From a virus (Duplodnaviria > Caudoviricetes): DNA of 61,642 nt. Position numbers and translations under genes: made by a program. Of this stretch, positions 37,350 to 47,923 are shown in pieces (the first letter of the stretch is position 1; every line of letters starts with the position of its first letter). The stretch spans positions 1-61,642 of the IMG/VR virus record IMGVR_UViG_3300034072_001227; one strand, 5' to 3'. The notes under the pieces were generated by a model, which saw only the letters and a list, made by a program, of their open reading frames with translations, was not told the DNA's origin and did no database searches.

Positions 37350-40300
37350 ATGATCCTTCCTCTGTTCAGTTCCGCGCTGATTGTCATTGACGCCTGGAGC
37401 AAGGGCTCCGGGTCACGCGCGCCGATCTATCTGGCCGACGGGCCATCGCCCAACACCTATGGCATCGCAGGGTATTCGTGGGAGCCTGCGGTCAGCGACC
37501 GGCCGGCGATCTCCATGGATATCGGCACGCCGCAGGTCGACGGGAAGATCCGCGCAGGCCGTGCGACGTTCTCGATCATCAAGGCCAACGTCCGGTCTGT
37601 CGACATCAATGCGCTCTACCTGCGCTCTGCACCGGTTCGGATCTACGCTTCCATGGCGGAAGATCTGGACCTGACCAAGCCGGAGTTCGATGGCCGCATT
37701 ACCAGCGTTCGGGAAAGTGAAGACGGCTTCACGCTGTTCATATCGGCGGAGGTGTGGACATCGGACCTCGAGAAGCCGCTGCTGAATAGCGACTTCTCCG
37801 GCCTTGGCGGGATCAATGGCGATATCTCGCTGCGCGGCACCCTGCGCCCGGCCGGCTTCGGCGCCAAGGAGAACATCCCGCCCGTCTGGTTCGACCTCAC
37901 CGACAACATTGGCCAGATCGACGGATACGGCAACACGCTGGCCATCACGCGGCTCATGGAGGGAGCGTCGGACATGGGCCCGAGGGTCGACGACTATCCC
38001 ACATATGCGGCGCTCAAGGCGGCGATCGTCGCCAAGGTGATCGGGCCGGGCCAGTGGGGGACGTGCGTTGCGCAGGGATTGGTCGGCCTCGGGTCCCCCC
38101 CGGCTGGCGTCATCACTGCCAATGCGACGTTCGGCTCCAACCGCATCGGCCAGATCTGCCGCCGCATCATCACGACCCATGCCGGCGTCGACGTCTCGCG
38201 CGTGGATGTCGCGGCGTTCGACGCGGTCGATGTCGCCCTCCCTTATGCTGTCAGCTACTGGACATCGTCGCAGCGCACGGTGCTCGACCTCTTCGAGAAG
38301 CTGGCCCTGTCGGCAATATCGACACCCTTGGTCACGCTCCAGAACCGGATTTCGATCTCGCGGGCTGTGACCGGCGCTCCGGTTGGGACGCTCGACTGCT
38401 CAGGCGCGCAGGAGCCGCGCGTCACGACTTCGCAGACCGCCGAACTGTCCGCGCCATATACCGCTATCAAGGCGCGATCTGCGCGCCCGGCGGCGGTCCT
38501 GTCGATCGATCAGGTTTTCTTCATCGACGATCTGATCGAGGTCGGCGTCTTCGAGGTCGACGCGACGTATTATGCGGGCAACATCGTCACGATGGCGAAT
38601 GGCTCGCGCTGGCTGTTCATCAGCGAGACGCCAAAGGCAGGCTCGGTCCCGTCCGACAGCAACACCGACTGGCAGCGCCTGGCCGACGCGATCACGGCCG
38701 GCAACATCACCTATGAAGACGGCACGCCGGTTGAAGCGTTGAAGCCTGCCGAGCCGGGTGCGACCGATGGCATGAACGACGAAGAGCGGGACGAATTCGA
38801 CCAGCTCGCCGCCGACACTGCCACCGCCCAGACCAATATCGCCGCTGCCCAGGCGCAGATCGCGGCGATCCAGTCGAGCGTCGCGGCCGACTTCTCCGCG
38901 GTCAATGCCGAGGTCGATGCGCTGCAAGGCGCAATGACCACCGCCCAGGGCAATATCGCATCGATCCAGTCCGCGCAGTCCGACCTGTCCCAGTCTGTGG
39001 CCGCTCTGGCAGCGGACATGAGCGCCGCCGAAGGGTCGATCAGCAACCTGCAAACGTCGGTGAATGCGAGCCTGTCGGCGCTCAACAGCGACGTGGATGC
39101 CCTGGAGACGCAGGCTGCCGGCATCGCCGCGAGCGTGACCGGCCTCAATACGCAGGTCGGGTCGATCAATACCAATGTCTCGGCCCTGACCACGCGGATC
39201 GCGGACGCTGAAGGCGATATCGACAGCCTGCAATCGACCGTGGCGAGCCAGGGCGCGGCGATCACCGCCAACGCGACCGCGATCACGAACGCGCAAGGAT
39301 CGCTGGCCGAATATAGCCTGCGCCTGTCCAGCAACCGCCGGAACCTGCTGCCCAATGGCGGGCCGGAGGCGCTGCTGCGCGGGTGGACCGGCTCGGCGAC
39401 CTGGACGGTCAACACCAACAACAGCGAGGGTGCCTATTTCCTCTGCACGCCCACCGCCAGCGGCACGTTCGTTCTGACCAGCGATGCGATCCCGATGGAG
39501 GCCAGCGTTGCCCTGACGCTGGGCTATGAGACCCGCAACACGGGCGCGACCTCCTATTGCGATATCCAGTGCTATGACGCGTCCGGCGCAAACCTGATGG
39601 ACGGCGGGCAGAACGCCGCCGCTTCGGGCACGGTGTGGGGCGACCGAGCAGGCCGCGCCTTCACCCTCACCACGCCCGCCAACACGGCGTCGGTGCGCGT
39701 GCGCCTGGTCTGTGTCGCAACCTCCGCTTCCGATCGCGCGCGCATCCGCCAGGTCAAGCTGGAGAAGGGCACGACCTGGTCGGCCTATTCCAATGACGCA
39801 TCGGTCGCGCAGGCCTTCACCGCGATCAGCTCGGCCGAGGCCAATGTCGCCAGCCTGCAAACGACCGTCGCAACCCAGGGCGCGTCGATTTCCAGTAATG
39901 CCACCGCCATCACCGCGCTGACCGGTCGCACTGCGACGCTGGAGACGACGGTGTCGAGCCAGGGCGCGACCATCGGCACGCTTCAGTCGGCCGTATCCAC
40001 CGCCAATGGCAATATCGCCAGCCTCACGACGCGGGTTAATGTCAGCCAGACGAACCTGCTGCCCAATGGCGGCCTCGAAAATGGCTTTTCTGGCGCCATC
40101 ACTAGCGGGTCTTTCAGCTGGAGCAATGCACCGGAATGGGGTCCGATCGCGACCACGTCTACCAACGGAACCCAGATATTCGAATTTGCCGACATCACCG
40201 CTGTGCAGGTTGGCGCGACCTATTGGATTTCCTGCGACCCGCTCGCGCTGGGCGCGTCATCCATCTACTGCGATCTTCTGTTCCTCGACGCCAGCGGCAA

Positions 40301-43300
40301 TGTGCTGCTCGATGGTGGCCAGAACAGTCAGGCAGGGCCTTTCAATTTTAGCGCCAATGACACGCGTCGATCGTTGATCGCGGTGCCGGCCGTGGCGCCC
40401 AGCGGTACCACCAAAATCCGCCCCCGCGTCGTGGCCAATGTCGTCAGCAATCAGGTCGCAGGCTTCCGCCGCGTAAAGGTGGAAACCGGCAATAGCTGGA
40501 CGCCGTTCTCCAGCGAAGCCAGCCTGTTCTCCAACTGGTCGGCGACCAACACCGCGACCGCCAGCGTCGCCAGCCTGACCACGACCGTCAGCACCCAGGG
40601 CGCGTCGATCAGCTCGGCCCAGACCGCCATCACTACGCTGCAAGGTTCGGTATCGAGCTTGCAGACGACGGTCAGCACGCAAGGCGCCTCAATCACCACG
40701 CTGCAAAGCACGACCTCGACCCATACAGGCCAGATCGCGCAGCACACGACCGACATCGCCACCGCCAACAGCAACATCAGCGCGAATGCCCAGGCCATCA
40801 CCACGGCCAATGGCAATATCGCGAGCCTGACGACGCGCGTGTCCTCGGCTGAGAGCAGCATTTCCAGCCAGGCGACGGCCATCACCGGCCTGACCGGGCG
40901 CACCGCCACGCTGGAAACGACGGTCAGCAGCCAGGGCGCGTCGATCACCTCGCTCCAGACCACGACCTCGACCACCAGCGCGAACCTCGCCACCCTGACC
41001 ACGCGGGTCAATGCAGCGTCCACGAACCTGCTCAAATATGGCGGCTTCGAAAGCGGCGCGACCGGCTGGGTCGTTGTCGGCGCCGCCAGCTGGGGCGCGG
41101 TCAACGGCTTTTGGGGTCCGTTCGTCAACACGGCCGGGCTTTCGAACGGCAATGCCGGCTTGCAGAGCGAGCAGTTTGACGCCTCGCCGGGTCAGGCCTG
41201 GACGGCTTCTGTCGACGCCGAGTTCCTGGCGACAGCCGGCCAGATGTATTTGCAGATGGCGTTCCTGGTCAGCGGCAGCTGGACCACGGTCGGCACGGTC
41301 TACAAGACACGTGGGGCGGGCTTCACCAGCACCTCCGACGGTCGCCTGCGCACCACCCAGACTGCGCCTGCCAATACGACCAAGGTCCGCATTCAGATGG
41401 GCGTCGTCAATGTGGCCGGCGTCACCAACTGCGGCTTCCGCCAGGCCAAGCTGGAAGTCGGGTCGGTCATGTCGCCCTACAGCAACGAGGCGAGCGTCTA
41501 TCAGACGATCCAGACGCTCACGACCGCAACGGGCAGCCTTGCAACGCTGTCAACCACCGTATCGACCCAGGGCAGCAGCATCACTAGCCTGCAATCCTCC
41601 TACACGTCGCTGAGCGGGTCGCTTGCCAGCCTGACGACGCGGGTCGGCACGGCGGAAAGCTCCATCACTTCGCTTCAGTCGGCGTCGACCACCCAGGCCG
41701 GGCAGATCAGCACGTTGCAATCGACGGTCGCGACCCAGGGTTCGTCGATCAGCTCGAACGCCACCGCAATAACTACGCTGCAGGGCAATGTCGCCAACCT
41801 GACCACGCGAGTGAATGCGGCCCAGACCAACCTGCTGGTCAATGGCGGGCTGGAGAATGGCTTTGCCGGCGCCATCAGCGACGGCGGCTTTACCTATGGC
41901 AACTGGGGCACCTGGGGACCGAACGCCTCCACATCGACCAATGGCCAGCATGTCTTCCAGTTCGGCGACATCACGCAGGTCCAGGTTGGCGCGACCTACT
42001 GGATTTCCTGCGATCCGCTTGCCTTGGGCGGGTCGGACATCTGTTGTGATCTGCTGTTCCTCGACGCGAGCGGCAATGTGCTGCTCGATGGGCCGCAAAA
42101 TACCCAAGCCGGCCCGTTCAACTATTCGACCGATGATACCCGCCGGGGCCTGATCGCCGTGTCTGCTGTCGCGCCCAGCGGCACGATGCGGATCCGCGCG
42201 CGGATCATCGGCAATGTTGTCTCGGGCGCCACCATCGGCTTCCGCCGGGTGAAAGTGGAGATGGGGACAAGCTGGACCGGCTTCTCGTCCGAAGCCTCGA
42301 TCGTCCAGAGCTTCACCGCTTATTCCGGTCTCGACAGCAGCCTTGCGACGCTATCTAGCACGGTGTCCACCCAGGGCGGCAGCATCACGTCGCTACAATC
42401 GAGCTTCACCAGCCTCAATGGCACGGTATCGAGCCTGTCCTCGACCGTCTCCACGCAAGGGACATCAATCAGCACGCTGCAAACGGCATCGTCCACCCAA
42501 TCCGGCCAGATCGCTACGCTTCAGACCCAGATCGTGCTGGGCGGCAACCTGTTGCAGAATACAGATTTCGCGGTCGATACATCGGGATGGTTCTTCAACC
42601 AGAGCGGCAGCAGCCACACCGGCGCCCGCGATCTTTTGGGCGACGCTTATCGCCTGCCCAATGAACACACGCTTGGCATTCGCCAGGGCGACACCAACAG
42701 CACGGCCTATGCCTTCTGGCAGTCGACCGCCGTCGCGGTGGAGCCGGGCAAATATTACGAAGCCAGCTGCCTGGGGGCCAACGTCAATGCCAACCTGACG
42801 ATCTATCTGCGCTTTCAGGACGCCAACGGCGGCACGGTCCAGGACTTCACCGCCGCCAAGACGAGTGACAGCCAGGGCGCGACATTGTCCGCCTTCCTGC
42901 CGCTGTTCCGGCGTGGTCTGGCGCCGGCCGGCGCCACCAAGGTCGTGGTCATCCTGCTCAAGAACAGCACCAAGGCGGGCAGCGAAAGCTATGGCTGGTT
43001 CACCCGGCCGCAGCTCGCCCAGGTGCCCGGCCTGACGGGTGGCCCGGTGGCCTATTCGCCGGGCAGCGCCAGCACGACGATCAGCACGCAGGCGACTGCG
43101 CTCAGCAATGCGACCAGCAGCCTTGCGAGCCTGACCACAACGGTCAACACCCAGGGCGCGACAATCTCCAGCCAGGCCACCGCGATCAGCACACTGGAGG
43201 GGCAGCAGTCGAGTCTGTCGTCGACGGTATCGGCGCAGGGCGCGGCGATCAGCTCTCTGCAGACCACGACCTCGACGCTGCAAGGCAATGTTGCCAGCCT

Positions 43301-44153
43301 GACGACGCGGGTCGCCGCGTCCAGCCCCAATCTCCTGCCCAATGGCGGGCTTGAGAATGGCTTCGCCAGCGGCGTGGGGTCGGCCGGCGGTTACAGTTTT
43401 GCCATCAGCGCTGATTGGGGGCCGATCGCTAGCACGACTGCAACCGGCACGCAGGTGTTTCAGTTCGCGCCGGTCGCAGCCAATGCCGGTCGGGTTTATA
43501 CGCTGGCCTGTGATTCCGTCTGCACCGGCTCGGGCAGCGCGGTTTATTGCGACATGCTGTTCCGCAACGCTGCCGGCGATATCCTGCTTGATAGCGCGCA
43601 GAACATACTTGCAACCGTCTCCGACTTCGACACCACCACCGGCCGGCGCGGGCAGATTGCCGTCACGGCTACCGCCCCAACGGGCACGACCAACATCGTT
43701 TGCCGCTTTGTAGGCGTGCCGCAAAATGGAGGCACGGTCGGCTTCCGGCAGATGAAGCTGGAGCGGGGCAGCACCTGGTCGCCCTACAGCGCCGAAGCAA
43801 GCATCACGCAGAGTTTCTCGACGCTCTCGACCCTGGGAACGCAATATGCCTCGCTCTCCAGCACCGTGGCGACCCAGGGCGTAAGCATCAGCACCCAGGC
43901 GACCGCGATCACGACAATCCAAGGCAATGTGGCGACGGTTCTCGGCCGCTGGGGCGTTGAAATTGACGTGAACGGCTACGTCAGCGGAGTGGCGATGAAC
44001 AATAACGGCCAGCGCTCTGACTTCGCGGTGCGTGCGGACAAGTTCTCGATCATCCCACCATCCAGCACAGGTGAACGCTTCGAATACAGCGGCAACAATA
44101 TCAGGATCTACCATCCCAACGGCAACATAGCCATTCGTCTGGGGGTAGCCTGA
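37350..44153 (+). CDS. large tail tip/fibre protein with six carbohydrate-binding-like modules and DUF1983-like C-terminus
   Basis: six NLL.N modules separated by S/T-rich coiled coils; C-terminal IDVNGYVSG...FAVRADKFSI. Confidence 0.85.
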   Translation: MILPLFSSALIVIDAWSKGSGSRAPIYLADGPSPNTYGIAGYSWEPAVSDRPAISMDIGTPQVDGKIRAGRATFSIIKANVRSVDINALYLRSAPVRIYASMAEDLDLTKPEFDGRITSVRESEDGFTLFISAEVWTSDLEKPLLNSDFSGLGGINGDISLRGTLRPAGFGAKENIPPVWFDLTDNIGQIDGYGNTLAITRLMEGASDMGPRVDDYPTYAALKAAIVAKVIGPGQWGTCVAQGLVGLGSPPAGVITANATFGSNRIGQICRRIITTHAGVDVSRVDVAAFDAVDVALPYAVSYWTSSQRTVLDLFEKLALSAISTPLVTLQNRISISRAVTGAPVGTLDCSGAQEPRVTTSQTAELSAPYTAIKARSARPAAVLSIDQVFFIDDLIEVGVFEVDATYYAGNIVTMANGSRWLFISETPKAGSVPSDSNTDWQRLADAITAGNITYEDGTPVEALKPAEPGATDGMNDEERDEFDQLAADTATAQTNIAAAQAQIAAIQSSVAADFSAVNAEVDALQGAMTTAQGNIASIQSAQSDLSQSVAALAADMSAAEGSISNLQTSVNASLSALNSDVDALETQAAGIAASVTGLNTQVGSINTNVSALTTRIADAEGDIDSLQSTVASQGAAITANATAITNAQGSLAEYSLRLSSNRRNLLPNGGPEALLRGWTGSATWTVNTNNSEGAYFLCTPTASGTFVLTSDAIPMEASVALTLGYETRNTGATSYCDIQCYDASGANLMDGGQNAAASGTVWGDRAGRAFTLTTPANTASVRVRLVCVATSASDRARIRQVKLEKGTTWSAYSNDASVAQAFTAISSAEANVASLQTTVATQGASISSNATAITALTGRTATLETTVSSQGATIGTLQSAVSTANGNIASLTTRVNVSQTNLLPNGGLENGFSGAITSGSFSWSNAPEWGPIATTSTNGTQIFEFADITAVQVGATYWISCDPLALGASSIYCDLLFLDASGNVLLDGGQNSQAGPFNFSANDTRRSLIAVPAVAPSGTTKIRPRVVANVVSNQVAGFRRVKVETGNSWTPFSSEASLFSNWSATNTATASVASLTTTVSTQGASISSAQTAITTLQGSVSSLQTTVSTQGASITTLQSTTSTHTGQIAQHTTDIATANSNISANAQAITTANGNIASLTTRVSSAESSISSQATAITGLTGRTATLETTVSSQGASITSLQTTTSTTSANLATLTTRVNAASTNLLKYGGFESGATGWVVVGAASWGAVNGFWGPFVNTAGLSNGNAGLQSEQFDASPGQAWTASVDAEFLATAGQMYLQMAFLVSGSWTTVGTVYKTRGAGFTSTSDGRLRTTQTAPANTTKVRIQMGVVNVAGVTNCGFRQAKLEVGSVMSPYSNEASVYQTIQTLTTATGSLATLSTTVSTQGSSITSLQSSYTSLSGSLASLTTRVGTAESSITSLQSASTTQAGQISTLQSTVATQGSSISSNATAITTLQGNVANLTTRVNAAQTNLLVNGGLENGFAGAISDGGFTYGNWGTWGPNASTSTNGQHVFQFGDITQVQVGATYWISCDPLALGGSDICCDLLFLDASGNVLLDGPQNTQAGPFNYSTDDTRRGLIAVSAVAPSGTMRIRARIIGNVVSGATIGFRRVKVEMGTSWTGFSSEASIVQSFTAYSGLDSSLATLSSTVSTQGGSITSLQSSFTSLNGTVSSLSSTVSTQGTSISTLQTASSTQSGQIATLQTQIVLGGNLLQNTDFAVDTSGWFFNQSGSSHTGARDLLGDAYRLPNEHTLGIRQGDTNSTAYAFWQSTAVAVEPGKYYEASCLGANVNANLTIYLRFQDANGGTVQDFTAAKTSDSQGATLSAFLPLFRRGLAPAGATKVVVILLKNSTKAGSESYGWFTRPQLAQVPGLTGGPVAYSPGSASTTISTQATALSNATSSLASLTTTVNTQGATISSQATAISTLEGQQSSLSSTVSAQGAAISSLQTTTSTLQGNVASLTTRVAASSPNLLPNGGLENGFASGVGSAGGYSFAISADWGPIASTTATGTQVFQFAPVAANAGRVYTLACDSVCTGSGSAVYCDMLFRNAAGDILLDSAQNILATVSDFDTTTGRRGQIAVTATAPTGTTNIVCRFVGVPQNGGTVGFRQMKLERGSTWSPYSAEASITQSFSTLSTLGTQYASLSSTVATQGVSISTQATAITTIQGNVATVLGRWGVEIDVNGYVSGVAMNNNGQRSDFAVRADKFSIIPPSSTGERFEYSGNNIRIYHPNGNIAIRLGVA

Positions 44154-44461
44154 TGGCCGCTGTCTTCGAAGTCTGGGACCCGAATGGGCGGCTGAAGGTA
44201 AGCCGCAGCACGCGCTTCCATATGATCCTTGGAACCACCGCGATCGGCGGCGCAGGCTTTGCCAAGACCGGGTCTATCGCGGTGCCGCAATTCGCCCTTG
44301 GCGATCCGTTCATCTTCACCCGCTTCGCCGGAATGCCGGATATCGATGGCTATATGCCTTCTGTCTGGATCGACGGCCAGTCCATTTACTGGTCCTACCG
44401 GGCGGATGGGTCTGCTGTCTTTGAGCGACCCTATGTCTTCATCACTTACGGGCTGATCTAA
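44153..44461 (+). CDS. tail tip accessory protein
   Basis: FEVWDPNG N-terminus; coupled to the fibre gene. Confidence 0.65.
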   Translation: MAAVFEVWDPNGRLKVSRSTRFHMILGTTAIGGAGFAKTGSIAVPQFALGDPFIFTRFAGMPDIDGYMPSVWIDGQSIYWSYRADGSAVFERPYVFITYGLI

Positions 44462-45192
44462 TGGGCTATCTGACAATGTACCGCGAGGATGGGAAGCTGA
44501 ATTTCGACAGCGATTTCCCGACCTATTATCTTCACTCGAAAGGCACGGCCACCACCAAGGCAAGCATTGGCGGCCCGACCCTGCCCAGCTCGATCGAAAT
44601 CCCTATCCGAAGCCAATATGACCTGATGTATATCGCGGTGCGCGCGTCGTTTGCTGTCGGCAAGATCGGGCAGCGGCAGGTGGGGGACGTCTGGCAGGAA
44701 GTTTACGGCTGTGAGGGCGCCGTGGGCCAGCCAGTGGATTGGTGGGCGTTCGCGCCCGCCGACGAACTGGTCCCGTCCCCCGTTGGCCTGACGACATGGA
44801 ATCCGCTGACGCAAAAGGTCACCTACTCCAGCGACTTCGACAGCCTGCGCGTGGTGCCAAACCCAGGCGGATCGACCTATCCGGCCGGACGCACTTATGC
44901 CTCCATTCAAAGCGGCTTCGTCGGATACAAGCATTACTCGGACCAGTATCGGCGCAACGGCGTCCCTGTCGTCGACCCCGACGCATTCGACGATGATGCT
45001 CAATGGTCTGTGCTGGTCGACAGCAAGATCGAGGGCGCTTTCTGGTCCGGCACCACATTCGGCACCGCCGATATCTCATGGAACGATGTCTATGAGAGCC
45101 TAAACTATGGCCGCACGCCGATCCTGCCGCCCGGCAAGGAATGGGACGTAACCGCTGACGGCTTTCTGATCGTCGACGTGACCGACCTCTAG
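44461..45192 (+). CDS. tail tip accessory protein
   Basis: two G-x-L-N/T-F/Y-S/D-S-D-F-like repeats; coupled. Confidence 0.65.
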   Translation: MGYLTMYREDGKLNFDSDFPTYYLHSKGTATTKASIGGPTLPSSIEIPIRSQYDLMYIAVRASFAVGKIGQRQVGDVWQEVYGCEGAVGQPVDWWAFAPADELVPSPVGLTTWNPLTQKVTYSSDFDSLRVVPNPGGSTYPAGRTYASIQSGFVGYKHYSDQYRRNGVPVVDPDAFDDDAQWSVLVDSKIEGAFWSGTTFGTADISWNDVYESLNYGRTPILPPGKEWDVTADGFLIVDVTDL

Positions 45193-45234
45193 CGCTATCA
45201 TTCTCGACGTAACCAACTTCTAAGGAGAACGACT

Positions 45235-45654
45235 TTGTTGAAACTGAACCTTGCCGCCGGTGGCCGCCTCGAACTGCCGGCCTATGGCCTGTTCGCGGTT
45301 ATGAAGCCCAGCGATGGCAAAAACCCTGCAGCTGTCGTGTACGACATGGGCGCCGGCCTCCAGATCGACCAGCTGTCCGACCAATATGGTTTTGTCCGCA
45401 AGCTCGCCCTGGATGGCGCCGCCTTCGAAAACCCGATCGAGGTCGAGATCGTGGAGAAGGTCACCGGGGAAGATGGCGTCACCGACGCCGTCCGGGGCAA
45501 GGTCACTATGTCGCGCAACTCGATCATCGGCCGCCGCGACATCGCCGCCGGCGCGGATGGTGAGCGCGCGCAGATCTTCGTCCAGTTCGGCGCGGGACGC
45601 ATGACGCTGCTGGTCAGCGAAAGCCTTGATGAAATGGACGGCGTCGAGAGCTAG
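45235..45654 (+). CDS. hypothetical protein
   Basis: TAAGGAG SD; TTG start. Confidence 0.7.
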   Translation: MLKLNLAAGGRLELPAYGLFAVMKPSDGKNPAAVVYDMGAGLQIDQLSDQYGFVRKLALDGAAFENPIEVEIVEKVTGEDGVTDAVRGKVTMSRNSIIGRRDIAAGADGERAQIFVQFGAGRMTLLVSESLDEMDGVES

Positions 45655-45709
45655 GCGCCCGCAAAGTCAGCGACGCCGGCCTGATCCTATTGGCTCGAAG
45701 GAGAAGCAT

Positions 45710-45916
45710 ATGATTATCGTAGTTGCCTTGATCATCCTCGCCCTGCTGATGTTCGGCATCGATGGGTTGCATCGACGCATCAGAAATCTTGAAATCGCTA
45801 GCAGCACGAAATCCGGCCAGATCGCCACGCTGCAATCGGCGGTTTCGACCCAGTCCTGTTCGATTGGTTCGAATGCGGCGGACATCGCCGATCTGAAAAC
45901 CCGCCTAGCTTCCTGA
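45710..45916 (+). CDS. small membrane-anchored protein carrying a fibre coiled-coil repeat
   Basis: AAGGAG SD; TM then ASSTKSGQIATLQSAVSTQ. Confidence 0.65.
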   Translation: MIIVVALIILALLMFGIDGLHRRIRNLEIASSTKSGQIATLQSAVSTQSCSIGSNAADIADLKTRLAS

Positions 45917-45927
45917 GGAGAATGACC

Positions 45928-46230
45928 ATGAGCACTGCAAACCCGACCCCGGCCGAGCTGCTGGCCCAACGCGACGAAATCGATCGCCAGATCGCCATCG
46001 CCAACCTCGACGGCCTCAAGGCCATCCAGGCCGCGCTGAAGTCCGGCAAGGTCGCCACCCTCGCCACCGATCTGGAAGCGCTGCTGTCCCAGCTGGCGCC
46101 GTCCAGCGAGATGGGATCGCCGCACAGCCAGGCCAACAATGTCATTACGTCCGTCCGCAACGTCAGCAACTTCTTCGACAGTGAAGTGGCGCGCGTGCAG
46201 GCGATTGTCGACGCCGCCTCTCAGGAATGA
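45928..46230 (+). CDS. hypothetical helical protein
   Basis: GAGGAG SD. Confidence 0.7.
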   Translation: MSTANPTPAELLAQRDEIDRQIAIANLDGLKAIQAALKSGKVATLATDLEALLSQLAPSSEMGSPHSQANNVITSVRNVSNFFDSEVARVQAIVDAASQE

Positions 46231-46324
46231 CCAATCGGCTGGCGCGCGGTGTCTGAGCAGGCTACGCGCGCCACGCTGGTTCGGTCCCAGATAATCCGCT
46301 ATAGGGCGCACAGGAGGCCCCTAT

Positions 46325-46702
46325 ATGCCCGCTCTTCCAGCTGATATCGCGAAATACACGACCAACGGCGTCGTGGTCACAGCCAAGGACGACACGATCC
46401 TTGACCGCTTCCCGGATGCAATCGACGCTTCGACCGAAGAGATCGAAATGTTCTATGACTCCGCTGACGATGCGCGGACCGTCACCAACGCGCTATTCGC
46501 CATCCGATCGAAGATCGCCCCCGCTCACATCGCTGTCGAAGTTCTCGAGGGGCTGAGCCTTGGCAACAGCATCCCGATCGCGCCGACAGCCCCGAGCTTC
46601 ACGGTCCTGGATGAGGACAAGCGGATCAACGAGAATATGCGGGTGATCTCCTACGGCTATCAGATGGGCTCCGGCCGTCACAGCATCGAGCTCCACGCAT
46701 GA
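46325..46702 (+). CDS. hypothetical, probable virion protein
   Basis: AGGAGG SD; coupled to next gene. Confidence 0.7.
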   Translation: MPALPADIAKYTTNGVVVTAKDDTILDRFPDAIDASTEEIEMFYDSADDARTVTNALFAIRSKIAPAHIAVEVLEGLSLGNSIPIAPTAPSFTVLDEDKRINENMRVISYGYQMGSGRHSIELHA

Positions 46703-47781
46703 GCGTCGGCATCTCTGTAACCAGCGTCACCGCGACAAGCGCGAACATCACGCTGAGCGGCAAGGCCGGGACCAGGACAGAGCTGCAACTCTCGACGCGC
46801 CCCGACTTCTCGCGCTCGGCCTCGCCGCGGTTCGATTCCGCCGCCGGCACGACAATGACCCTGTCGGGGTTGAACGCGGGCACCACCTATTATGCCCGAG
46901 GGCGCAACTGGACGTCCGCCACCGTCAATGACGGCTGGGGGGCGGTGACGCCGATCCGCACCTCGGCTGGCGCCGCTTGGGCGGATGATACGGGCAACAT
47001 CATTGTCGATAAGGCGATCCTCGCCCGCCCGCTGCCTTTCCTTGCCGTGACGGCCAATGGTGCTGTCGCCGGCCACCCTGCTGTCAATGTCGGCGTTCCC
47101 AGCCCGGTCGCATGGTGGAACCTCAACACCGGCGGTTCTCATGCCATCACTATCCAGATAGGCGGAGATCCGATCGACACGATCGCGCTGCTCAACACCA
47201 ATCTGCCGGAATCGTCTTCGATCACCGTCAAGGCGGGTAGCACGGCGGCGATCGCGGAAGGCTCCAGCCCGGCGTTCACCTTCACGGCGGCGGCTGGTCG
47301 CGCTTCCCCGAACCTGCCCAGCCGCCCGGGATATCACAGCCTCATCCGCCTGGCGGCGCCGCAAGCCTATCAGTTCTGGCGCATAGTCATCACCGCGACA
47401 GTCCCGGGCAACGTCTTTGCCTGCGACCATATCGTTCTGGGGCTCAACCAGGCGACCCGTGCGCATGCTGTCGACCGCAAGGAAACGCCCGTGGATCTCG
47501 GCCAGTATAAGCGGCTTCGCTCCGGCGTCCTCGATCGCCAGCCCGGCCTCATCATGCGCCGGCAGGAGTTTGAGCTTGCCATGCTCACTCAGGATGAGTT
47601 CCAGAAGAACTATTCCGAGCTATGGAGGGAGCAGTCGTCGATGATGCTCGCGGTCCCCAATGGCAAGGCTGGCCCCTATATCCACGACCGGATCGCCTAT
47701 GGGGACTTCGCTGGCGGCGGAACTTCCCAGCCATATTCAAATCGCTACGTGCGTCCCTTCACGATAGACAGCCTGATCTGA
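46699..47781 (+). CDS. putative tail protein with N-terminal FN3/Ig-like domain
   Basis: TLSGLNAGTTYYAR FN3-like; IDTIALLNTNL...YQFWRIVI. Confidence 0.6.
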   Translation: MSVGISVTSVTATSANITLSGKAGTRTELQLSTRPDFSRSASPRFDSAAGTTMTLSGLNAGTTYYARGRNWTSATVNDGWGAVTPIRTSAGAAWADDTGNIIVDKAILARPLPFLAVTANGAVAGHPAVNVGVPSPVAWWNLNTGGSHAITIQIGGDPIDTIALLNTNLPESSSITVKAGSTAAIAEGSSPAFTFTAAAGRASPNLPSRPGYHSLIRLAAPQAYQFWRIVITATVPGNVFACDHIVLGLNQATRAHAVDRKETPVDLGQYKRLRSGVLDRQPGLIMRRQEFELAMLTQDEFQKNYSELWREQSSMMLAVPNGKAGPYIHDRIAYGDFAGGGTSQPYSNRYVRPFTIDSLI

Positions 47782-47897
47782 CGGAAAACTGCGGTTTCCG
47801 ATAAATCGGTGCGAGCAAGCGTCGAGAAGGGCAAACTCCAATACGAACAGCTTAACGGCTGGCTTTGGTGCTGATATGGATCAGCCTCCAGCGGGAA

Positions 47898-47914
47898 TTA
47901 TGCAATTTGCATAA
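47898..47914. promoter_or_regulatory. perfect palindrome TTATGCAA-T-TTGCATAA, putative operator
   Basis: seen directly upstream of the membrane/lysis gene block. Confidence 0.5.
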
Positions 47915-47923
47915 AATGCAAAG

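Noticed and set aside
40050-42300. Duplicated fibre modules as a diversity-generating retroelement TR/VR pair
   Set aside because: No reverse transcriptase in the genome, both copies are in-frame coding, and the differences are not adenine-specific
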